Assembly: GCA_040954595.2 (NCBI GenBank) | Contig: CM082581.2 | Location: forward strand, 13,279,921-13,343,920 | Direction: 5' to 3' | Origin: Balanoglossus misakiensis | Lineage: Eukaryota > Animalia > Hemichordata | DNA: 64,000 bases | Part shown: positions 26,701-38,700 of the stretch, one piece after another | Position numbering within the stretch: the stretch's first letter is position 1 | Layout: every line of letters starts with the position of its first letter | Notes under the pieces: generated by a model | Told to the model about the DNA's origin: nothing | Seen by the model: only the letters and a program-made list of their open reading frames with translations | Databases searched by the model: none | Position numbers and translations under genes: made by a program

Positions 26701-29700
26701 GCCTGTCCCGTCAGACCTGCACCAGGCCTGTCACGTCAGACCTGCACCAGGCCTGTCACGTCAGACCTGCAGCAGACCTGTCAGAACAGACCTGCACCAG
26801 GCCTGTCACGTCAGACCTGCACCAGGCCTGTCACGTCAGACCTGCACCAGACCTGTCACGTCAGACCTGCACCAGGCCTGTCACGTCAGACCTGCAGCAG
26901 ACCTGTCAGAACAGACCTGCACCAGGCCTGTCCCGTCAGACCTGCACCAGGCCTGTCCCGTCAGACCTGCACCAGGCCTGTCACGTCAGACCTGCACCAG
27001 GCCTGTCACGTCAGACCTGCACCAGGCCTGTCACGTAAGACCTGCAGCAGGCCTGTCAGAACAGACCTGCAGCAGGCCTGTCACGTCAGACCTGCACCAG
27101 GCCTGTCACGTCAGGCCGGCACCAGGCCTGTCACGTCAGACCTGCAGCAGACCTGTCAGAACAGACCTGCACCAGGCCTGTCCCTTCAGACCTGCAGCAG
27201 GCCTGTCACGTCAGACCTGCACCAGGCCTGTCACGTCAGACCTGCAGCAGGCCTGTCACGTCAGACCTGCACCAGGCCTGTCAAGTCAGACCTGCAGCAG
27301 ACCTGTCACGTCAGACCTGCACCAGGCCTGTCACATCAGACCTGCACCAGGCCTGTCACGTAAGACCTGCAGCAGGCCTGTCAGAACAGACCTGCAGCAG
27401 GCCTGTCAGAACAGACCTGGTGCAGGTCTGTCAGAACAGACCTGGTGCAGGTCTGGCAGATCAGACCTGGTGCAGGTCTGGCAGATCAGACCTGTGGCAG
27501 GTCTGACAGATCAGGTCTGGTGCATGGCTTGCATGTCAGACATGCAGCATACCTGACAGGGCAGGTATGCTGCACGCATGTGACAGACCCGGTGCAGACA
27601 AATCCTGGTGCAGGTCTGTCAATCTTTAGCTGTGTACTGTACATTGCATTGCAGTAAGTACTAAGCACCCAAATCCCGGAGGCCATTTATTTTTCTTCTT
27701 CTGTAATTTTCAGCATGAAAACTTGTGTTGCTATGGTGATATTTTATTGACGAATTCATCCACGCAAAGTTTAACTGCTTTTAGACATCAGTTGTGCTTG
27801 TGATTCAAAATGTGAATGCATTCAAAATATATGGCACTTTTCACTCCCTGTAATCTGAACTTCTGTTTCATGATTAGGTATCTCCTCCCTGTTGCTGTTC
27901 CCTGCTGCCACGACCCTGAAAGTTCGTTCAACTCTTTGTGTCCAAGCATAAAAAAATAATAACCCATCCCTTGATTATTGAGACAGATGCAAACTCTCTC
28001 AAGTTGTCTGCTTCCGAGAAGAAAATTTGAAACCGGATTAGAGCATACCTTGGGGGCAGTCACAAGAAAATATAAACCATCAGCATCACCAGAACCACCG
28101 CAATTTAAATTTGACTTGAGTGTTACAATATAAACTTGGTCAACTTTGTTGCTGATGAAAAATGTTTGTGCACACACCTTTTCCCAGAAGGTCAATACAA
28201 TACAAATATGGGGTACACAAGAGAGCTTGGATTTTAAGTGGAGTGGCAACAGTGAAATGAATTTGCAGACACAGAAGTATGGTGACCGCACACGCATTAT
28301 ATCAAAACCATCCAGCATATCGAAATCAGTCGTTTAAGAGAGTCCCCTGCGGCATCAGACGTACACTAACAACCACTGCTAACATGATATCCCAGTTCAA
28401 TCTACTGAATAAAGTGTTGAGTTTTTTTAAACATGAATAGTTCAGCCATCAAAACGTATATTGTAACTGAACGCAATTGAGATATAGATGTATTGTAGTG
28501 CCAGGGTATGCTTTTTTGTTGTGCACTGTTTATGGTATTAGACTAGGGTGCAATTTCTGGACAAGAATGAAAGCATCATAAAACTCCATGGAAGGAGTCT
28601 GCAGGAAAAATTGCGGACAAGTAAAGACTTGCCAATGCATGCATTTCAACCAAACTGAACTGATAATATTTTCGACTGTTTTATGTTTGTAGGAAATGGA
28701 AACCCACTTTGCCACTTCCACTGTTGCATGATGGGAACTTGCCCATTACACTAAGAATAACTGGAGCAGTACATGTTCCCCAAAGACCTCCTCTGACATT
28801 GATCGCATGAGTGGAGCATATCTTCGGCATGAAATTTTAATAGCCATTCACATGTGTTATCTAAAAAAACCCCAGAGCCAAGGGCGGTCTCTTTAATGTG
28901 CTATATTTCCACCGATAGATTCTAAATATTATCAAGTAGACTGTAGGGTTTAAAAATGATTACATGAAAATAATCTGTCTGGACCAGCCGTGGTTTGACT
29001 GTTGATGCCCTCTTGTCAAAACATCTTCTAATACTATCATATTCGACATGCAAGGATGCTTATCCAGAACAAACTGGGTGTCTGTTACGGTTAGTTTGCT
29101 AGAGAGGTTTCTATTGGTCGGTTGAAATTCTCTAGAATCCCACGAGTGCTTCAAATTTTTGCACAGCCAGTGAAACCTCATCTTACATATAAACTGGAAA
29201 CCTATTCATACTGACAACTTTTTTATGTCACCTGCTCATCAAATAGTGAGCTTCAAAAACTTTGTACTGTGCCCAAAACTTTTTGACCTTTGACCTCCAT
29301 TATACTGACATCGCCCCGCATCATAACGATACAGGCAGGACGGACGCACTGACCCGAGTTTCCACGATTGATTGATTTTTGTCTGACTCACCTCCCTGAG
29401 GAAAAAACTGGGCGTATATGTCTTTAAATGTGTCTTCATCCACTATGCCTGTTGGGCATTCCTGAAAAATACAAGAGAAAATGTGCAAAAATCATAAATG
29501 TTGCCTTCATTACAACTTTAATGCATATTTCCTGGGGACAATACATGTTACATTAGAATCAACTGTATGATTTTCTGATCATTTTTTACGAGATTCTATT
29601 TCACGACATTTATGACCTTGATAATATATGGGGAAATAATTTTGGAACACACTGTTTTGATTGAAGAGTTTTTGACATTTCAACTCATCTGGTCTGCAAT

Positions 29701-32700
29701 AGATGAGGGAGGCACATGGCCTAATTAAACATCTGTTAGTGACGTACCAGTATCACAAAAGATGGTGTCCAATAAAAAGGGGTCTCTCTTTGTTGGCTAG
29801 ACTAAGCTGGTAAAGCCATCCCCGAGCTGTGTAATCTGAACAATAAAATCCAGTAACAGGATTACCCCCGGGGTCAAGATAAAAATCTTCAATTCTATCC
29901 TTGGATGATCCATTATGTCGATAGTTCTTTTGTATATGTTTTGAACATTCTGTATAACCGCATGACATATATTTCTTTCAAAGTGATTTCTGATTACTAG
30001 TATTTAATTAAGGACGCATGCCACGCACACTATGAAACAATGAATTTCTCTCGAAAACTAGAGAAACTTAGCTATAGGAAATTTTGTACAATGGCTCAAT
30101 CAAAAGAAATTAAATTCAGTTGTTGGATAAAACCGGATGCACACCATTGGTTAAACTGGATGTTGCTAACAACTTACGATCACTATAAGCATTTCAAATT
30201 TATCTGTTCCCAGGATAGGTACATACATGTAAGGCTACAAATAGTCTAATTATATATCACATATGCTATGTCAAGGGTCGGTGATCAGGTTATCTTATGT
30301 GGAAGTTGTACGTGTGCTGTAATAGTTTTAAACAGTTTCGTCATTAGAAATGCATAAAAGTAAAAGGGTCAGCCATGCAGGTCTTCTATGTGTGGTGTAA
30401 ACAAGCTGGTACAGGGGCAAGTATAGGTCTGCATCAAACATTTCATTCCATGTGTGACGTGGTTGGAATTTAAATGAACATAAAATTACAGGAATAATGG
30501 TGTAACGTTACCAATTTGTAACAGGCCACAAAGGAAACTTAATTCTTGGAGATTAAAACAGTCGAGTGAAAAGCAATTTTACAGATGATTATTAACCTAG
30601 TTACTTTTATTTCACGTAAAAAATGATAACAATAAATATACACAAGCAAATTGCAACCACTATGCTTCATGGATCAAGGCTGGTTTAACTTGATCACTGT
30701 ATAATTCCTGTTATGATGCAACTGGTGATTTGTTCTGTAATACCCCGTAAGACAGGCTTGATTGCCACACCCAGCACGATCAGATAGAATTTTTTGAAAG
30801 CTTAAAATATGAAATTGTACCCTCATTACCGCGAGCTAATGTAAATTTGATGACATCTAGGCTCAGCTGATACATAACAATTAGGCACATCTCAACAATC
30901 AAATCAACATAAATTATATAATCTTTCATATAGGGGAAAAAAGATAAATGAAAAGATGGAGGCCCTGTCTCTTCAACCGACAGCCATGTTTTCATATACA
31001 CAAAACAAAACAAGACACACACATGCTTTGCCCTTTCGCTCAACCCACACTGGAATGAAATTAACCCAAAAATACAAAAGTAGAACATAGAATTCCACCA
31101 TGCCAAACAAATACCAAAGATCAGGTGCAGATGGATTTAAGAGAGTGGATGACACACGGCTATAAATATCTAAGGAGCAGCTGAACTCTTACAACTTTAA
31201 CAACTTTTGCGTGACTAGATCAATGCAAGAGCTGTGTTTATTTCTCTGCTTTGATGGCAGCTGATAGCTTTTGAGGAGAAGTTCATTATGTGCCTCTGAT
31301 AACATACAACAGAATGTGATATAGCAACAGCTAGATCTCAACTATTCACATATTACTGTGTTGCATCATGAAATTTGAGTCCTTAACTTGGTGCTGGATT
31401 TTCCCCCGCATATTACATCATTCAACAAAAATCTATGTTATAAAATTCAATTAAAACAAAAACAGATGAACACAGTTCTCCTGGGAGTAAAATCTTACCT
31501 GTTTGAATCCCCTGTACATCAACTGTAATTCTTTTTTGGAAAATTTTGTCGTTCTGACCAACTCATCCAAGCCATCTGGTTTGTATCTCACGACCTGCAT
31601 TTCTAGGTCATCTAGTCGTTGCGCTGTCAAAAAAGAAAAACAACAGACAATAAGAGATCAATGCTGAAACAAGGTTGATATTTTTCACTTATTCATAAAG
31701 TAACTGACAGACAGACACAACTCTGTTTTACTACTGTTTTTCTGATGATGATTGAACTGTGTAATTCCAGTAGTGACTTGGGTTTGTAAAGGAATAATAA
31801 ACATAACTGTTATGTTCAATCATTACATTAGATTTGCTCCATTTTCATTTAAGTTTTTAATGTAATTCTGATCATGAAGTCTGTCATTATTTAGAAGTAA
31901 AACCTTCAAACATATGAATATTCACCAACATCAAAAGAAACAAGTTTATAAACACAGAAGAAGCTGTCACGACAACATAATTACGTATATGCAAATCAAT
32001 TAATCTAATTTTCTTGTGCTGTGCCCCAAGTTGGCAATTTCAATTTAAATGACATGTCAATCATACAAGAAAAAATTATCAGATTTAATTTTATGACCCA
32101 GATCATCTGTCTCCCATTTCTGCAGTAACATTTTCATCAATTGAAAGCTCGTTAAAACTGCACAATAAAGATACTCAGAAGTGACTGCAGTTCTGCAAGG
32201 ATGCTTTAATACAATGAAATAATAGAAATTTGCACATCTGCAAAAGCTCCTACTTTCATTTACTTCATTACTTCAATATTCCCTAGTGATCTCTCAAATA
32301 AGCGTTTCACACAAAAACAGATAACACACACATGTCAGAGTCACAGCTACTAAGATATAAATTCTTGGTGAATGGTACCTTCTGACTGTGAACAAAAATC
32401 AATGTGTTTTGAACATTTTATATTGATTTAGCTCACAACTTTTTGTCATTCTTCAGTGCTAAAAAGCTTGTGCAAACATCTTTTTTAGGCAAATTGATTT
32501 AAAAATACCAATGTCTCATTAATTTTCCCATGATTCCCTGTTATCTCAGCTATGCCTGGAGGTTTAATTGACCCAGGCTACAGTACCTTATATTCATATT
32601 TTTATTTCTGAATTTGTGTAGAGTGTGGGGCTTGGAAGAAATGTTTCAACCTTTAGCTGACTGGTTCAAATCCTGACACACTGGGCAGCCTATTGTGATA

Positions 32701-35700
32701 TTGTACCTTCATGTTATTCTGTGCATTATTGGCCATCCACAAGGCGTACGTTAATTAGCATGCATGTTTGTAAGGGAGGTGTCGTAGTTCAAATGCAATT
32801 ATTCCGCGATAAGGCTCAGAAAACGAGAGTGTTGCATAATTTGATGTGGGCAAATAAAAACGTCCTTTGAAACATTCATGAGCCTGCACTGGCAACAAAT
32901 GTTACCCACTTTTTAATCAGTCGAATTACGCAAGCGAAATGCGATAACAATCTCACGCAGCTTCGCAAGCCTTGACGCAGATACCACGTAATGAGAAGTT
33001 AACAGGGTGTGGTCTGTTACAGCATTTCTTTCTGTGATGCAAAGAAAACGATTGGTTGTTTTTTTTTCATGATGTCAAAATTGATACATGCTTTCATCAA
33101 TAAGACCATTATTAACTGTCATTTTCTGATGAAGCAATTGCACATTAAAATCCCTTGATTATAAGTAATAAATGTGGGATGCACATTGAAATATGACACA
33201 TAGGGATATGTCATATTTTTAACAGTAAATGATACGGATCAATCATCATTAATAGATGTGAAATGCAGGGTCGATGCCCTTCAGTAAGAACAAATCCCAC
33301 TGAATATTTGCAATATTATGTCTGGAGTTTATATCGTATCATGAGTATTCATTTAAACTTATCAACCTTGATGAAAAAAACTGTACGTGTTTTGAAAAGA
33401 TACTTGTAAATTTTGCATCCAGGGCCTCCTTCAGAACGTGACACTGAATACAAGTTTATAAAATGCAGACTGAGAAAAAGTGGTTTGCTGTATGCAAAAC
33501 AAGTGTCGTTCCAGATAGTTTTACAAACAAAAGCGAACTGGAGACAGCTACAGTTGATGTCAGTGAAGTAGGTTAAACACAGAAGCTCTCAGGAAAGCCA
33601 TTCACAGGCTGAATGGTTGCAAATTTAATGAATCTCTGAGAAAAGAATATTGCAGCTGTTTGGAGCAAAGGGGAAGTTAATGTTGCTGGGTCACAAGAGC
33701 ATTCATATGAACTACTGGTTTCCACAGTCATGATATAGGTTACTGTTTCACTGCCGATGATTTAGAGCTCGACATCGAGGGCAGCCATATAAATAAGCCT
33801 GTCGTCTAAGAAATAATTGCATTAGAGAAAGATGATGCAATGTAATTAATTTTAGTGAATTAATTTGACCGCAGGTAGTTTTGAAAGAAGTAGGAGACTA
33901 TTAAAATTATTTTAATTGAAAATATGTCGTCCGTATAAATCCCAACCCCTGTGGGTGTGATTTCTCATTCTGTGTTTACTGTCTGATATTTCACATTTTA
34001 GGAATTACATGTAGCAATTAATGTAAATGTTCTTAATCAGAAACCATGGCGAGGATGATCAACAGAAAATAAACATGATCTCTTAATGTCTACCAAGATA
34101 TTAAAAACGTTGCAAGCAGGGCCTCTTATTGGAAGATCCTCAAAAATATATTTACAGCAGGTATAGCACTGCAAGGATTCAATATATCAAATGGAGCAAA
34201 CAATGACAGTCACATAGCCCAGAAGGGCTTTCAGAAACCCCAATGAACAACGCCAACGATATCAGCTGACATTTACAATCTACAGTGCGTGTCGTATTTC
34301 AACTTTGCAATTGAATATCGCACTGAGGCAGATACCAGATTGGCAGATATGAAAAAAGTTCAGCCCGTTCTGTTGAGAAGTTTGTGTCATCCCCCTGTCT
34401 GGCATACATCACTAGATCCAAACTATTGTGTGGGTAGCTGGCAGATCAGTCAATGTCGGATGCAATCAAATGCAATCTTCATGCATCATTTCACTTCACA
34501 TACATCTCACTGCTACAAGACGGATTTCAAGTTTTCACCAAGCTCCCACCATCAGTGACATCATAGTGGTGGTGTTTTATCAGATTAGAATATCAGTTTC
34601 TGTTGTTTTATTAATTTAAAACACTCAAAATTAATTACCCTAGAGTGTGATACGTGTGCATGTAACCTTTGCATACACCCATCACCCAAGCAACGCTCAT
34701 CACACGATACTTATTCATCCTTCACTCTCCACAAACGAATCAAAAGCTGCTCTCGTTTCTGAGACCGTTTACGCATGGAAAACTGATTGATACTTGCATC
34801 GCACTAGCCTTGTGGCATGTGCAGTTATCAGAAAGAAGGATACAAAAATATATTCTTTCCTTTCACGATTTACTTTTTATAGCTGCAAATCTGCAGACAG
34901 GTCATGGAATTCCTGGGTTAACTGCTATCAGAGTATGTGGCAACATGTGGTGTCTGGACTATAATCCTAACACAATGTCATATTATTTTTCTAACATTTA
35001 ATATTTTGAGGTTTATCATGTCACATATGGCTTTTATAAAAATCAAACAACTGCGAGGGATCTGCAGAGAAACCTTTTGGTTACGATTATAAACAACTGC
35101 AAAAATATAAATGTTAGTTTTGACAAATTATAATAGACCCTAAGTTTATCACACACACTGTGCATGTAAATTAAGCCAAACTGACGATTTTGTGGTAAAG
35201 GTGCAATTTTCCAATTTGCCTGATGACCAAAACTTGATGTGTCAGGGTGGGGAGGGAGGAAGGGGACAGAACAGAGTGCAGAGATGAACCAGTAGACTTG
35301 TATCACTCCATGAACTTCTTATGTATCTGTGCGCAATGTAAAGACAATATCATGAGAACTCCGACCCAGTGACAAGGTCACATGAAACCTTCCAGCCGAT
35401 TGGCTACCGACTATTTCAAAGAAACTCCATTCCACATGGATAGACATCATCACATCATGCAATTGAACCCATCATCGTTAAACTCCGGCCATAATCATTA
35501 AATCAGATCCACAGATTCATCTTTAAGGCATTTTAAGTGCTGCCAGAAATATTTGAAAACACTGTTCTATCGGCAGACAGAAAATTGTTATCCAGTTGAA
35601 GTATGTGACCTTATCAAGGGCATCTAGTCCAATCTCGAATATGGTATTTTTTTGTCATATTCAGATACCCTAACTTTCCATTGCTCTATATTAACAGGCA

Positions 35701-38700
35701 GCCCTAGGTATGTCATTTTGAACTTGGTGATTTCTCTGTGAAAAAGATTCTAAGATTCTAGCCTAGATTTTCAAAAGTTTTATACTCAGACTACATGCAT
35801 GTGTTCAGCATCTAGACTGGTACATATATACTTCTCACGTACTATTGTAACTTGGCAAATGTTTACAATTCCTCAAGACTCGTCACTATAGCTTGTAAAT
35901 CACAGTATCTCGCAGCATTCCTATTGCAACAACGTCCACCTACTGCGGTCAGACAAGTTCGTCATACAGCAATCTATGCACAGATCACTGGAATGGGTCG
36001 AGGGAGACGATCTCCATCACCCGAGCCATATTGACATTTGGAATTTTAATGCACAGTGTTCCCCCTTTTTAAAGTGATCTCTACACGCTATGGCGTCCAA
36101 AGATGAATGCCCAATGCACTGCACTGCACGCAAGCATTTGTGGTACAGAAACCAACTGTGAGCAGTCTCGGAGTCGAGTTAAAAAAACTCAACGCGTCAG
36201 CCATTCAACACACAGCAACGCACTTTCACTAACATCGTCCTCTAAAACTTCTAACGCTACTACAGCTGTGGAGAGACCACTGAACAAAATCAAAAGGGAA
36301 TCACCATGGCAACAAAATGTGCCGGAAAATACTACTTGCTTCCTTGGCTTAAAAAGCCATTGGAAAGAAAAATCGGTGAATAGCTATAATGGGTATCCTC
36401 TGTCTCTCTCGATCGTTTTTCACAATGTGTTCTATTTCCGGTCGATCTTGCTAAACCAGTACAGTAAGCATCATTTGAACTGTCCAACCACAAACACGGT
36501 CTGTTAATTCCTGCTCTCATGAAAGCTTTGGTGTGCAGACTGCTAAAAAGTGAAAGCCCGACCCATTTATTTCAGGAGTAGTCTAGGAGATTTCACCACG
36601 CTTGAGGAGTGCAGTGTTTAGTCAGCTCTTGGTGAAGGATCGTAAATCCTGGCTGAGTGTTTGCCAAGGCCTAGTGGTTCATTCAGTGTTTCCGCAGACT
36701 TCATGTGTACGTATGCACATTACACGTCAAGAAATGAAAATTCACCCTGTGTAGTCGAAGCCCAACGATGGAGAATAGTGGCCATATTGCAAACATTAGG
36801 AAATTTCTCAAAATAAAGAAACACTTTCAGGTTCGACATCTAACTTAATATATTGTGATTGTTCATTGTAAATCATATCATGTACACAAATAATCTATGT
36901 ACATCATCACAATGCAGGGAAGATGAAGACAGAACTTTTATATTTGAAAGCCCGGTCATTTTGGTAATAACCATGTATGTACCCAGCTGGATCAACGCCA
37001 CTTATTTTTATTATTATTTTACGTCCGTTTTGCAAGATGAAATTTCTATTTCAGGATCAATAATACAAAATGATCTCAATTATGCTGCACGTTGTTGACA
37101 GACTGCCGTTATGGCTGTCAGCAATCTGCAGGATTATTTTTGCTGAGCAAATTACCAGCGTGATGAGGTCCAATTTGTGCCCCCTTCACCTTTGCCATTT
37201 GGTTGCCGTGGCAACTGTCCCTCCTCAGCTTAGCGTGCAGAGTCTAATCCATAAAAATGGTAGACATGATTTTAAGTTGCACAATACAGAACAAATTGAT
37301 GAGACCAGAAATTCCCCATTAATCAGTCAATCAAATAGATTGGCGCTTGAGGCCAGCGATCATCAACCTCGATTTGAGAACATAATCTGTTCAGATGGAG
37401 GGTGCACTGTTGTGATCCGAAAATGACTTGGCTAATTACAGCCATATTAAATGGCAAGCGCATATGAACAGGATAAGTTTTGATACCAACATGGTAATTG
37501 CTGACTTGCATGCACTGATGAGAAAATGTTTTTCTCAAATATTTAATGTTGATAGTTTTGTTACTGAACCATCACCGGTGTGCCACACATAGCAGTGGTC
37601 GAATCTTCTGTTTGTATACCGTGTACATTGCACTGGTAGTATGCACATGTGCACTGCTGCATGCTGGTACTGTATCGGTACATGAGACCAACTGTGTACA
37701 ATTGACTCCACACGTGTTCCAGTGTGTATCACTGGTATGTTTCCTTCTCTGGTCAGTAACCCTCAAGTTCAAATCCATGACTCGATCTAGAAGGGTTCCC
37801 AACTGTGCCTGCACTCAGGTTCAGGCTGGCATGGATAATAAGTAATAACTTGTCCCCCAAGAAGACAAGAAAGGTCAGTCTTGGCCTTGAATTTGAATGT
37901 TGCATTTAATGGAACCCCGAGGCTTACAACATGTGTATTAGTGCAGTGTGCTGTAACCAATGGCCTTTCCCAACTTGTTATGGGATGTTTCGACACCTTT
38001 GTGATCATTGTTGTGGATTGATAGTCCTGAAGCTAGAGGTCGTATGAGGTCGACTCTTAAGCAAGAGTCCCCCCCCCCCCCCTTTCTATATGACCAACTG
38101 GATTGTGAACTTAGCGCATGAGTGTCATTCATTGCCATCTAACAAGCCATCCCCAAGGCTGTCCATGCACATCCAATGCACTGTAGGCTTTCTCTCGGTA
38201 AACAGCAAAGAGTATTATCACCTGCTGCTCATCACTTGCTGTTGTTTTTGTTCAATCAAATGTATACACAAGGCACACGATTAACTGTTTCTATTTCTGC
38301 TAATTACTGCTAATGTTCGATATCACATCATCTCATTTTGTTTTGTTCCGTGTACTCATCTCATTTGATCTTTGACTGCAGTGCCTGTTGGGGGCCAGAG
38401 CTTCATTTCCGCTCTATCGATGCCATGGCAACGCTTGTACATGTAGCAGTTGCCGTAAAGAGGATTGTGGTTTTTATGACAATTCTCTGATCTCCTCCTC
38501 TTGCATCTGTGGGCAGTCATAGCGTGCAGATCCTGAGACAGTTAGCACAAATCATCAACTTTACGAGTCCGGAAAATTAATTTCACAATTTTCCAATTGG
38601 CAGGTACGCATAGTAACTAGTTTTTTTTAATTAGCCCATCTGTTGGTGTCTAAAAATACACCTAATTCGTGTGCATGCCTTTGTGTCGGTATAGCAGTAC

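Noticed and set aside
24623-27363. 621/785/880-aa ORFs as protein-coding genes
   Set aside because: Explained by a stop-free 25-bp repeat. All frames give the same peptide, and the region is inside a transposon in an intron on the antisense strand.
24762-27411. CRISPR-like array (palindromic repeat plus spacer)
   Set aside because: Linkers are only 6 nt and essentially three recurring variants, not unique spacers. No cas genes; eukaryotic context.
27788-28318. 176-aa minus-strand ORF next to the transposon as a possible transposase remnant
   Set aside because: No recognisable transposase motifs, random-looking composition, and it lies outside the TIRs.
32620-32700. tRNA or SINE suggested by a B-box-like GGTTCAAATCC (32663-32673)
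   Set aside because: No cloverleaf or clear A-box. At most a decayed SINE fragment.
36332-36520. Minus-strand [14 protein letters not shown]... as an alternative KChIP first exon
   Set aside because: No good phase-1 GT donor before the stop; only a weak GC candidate.
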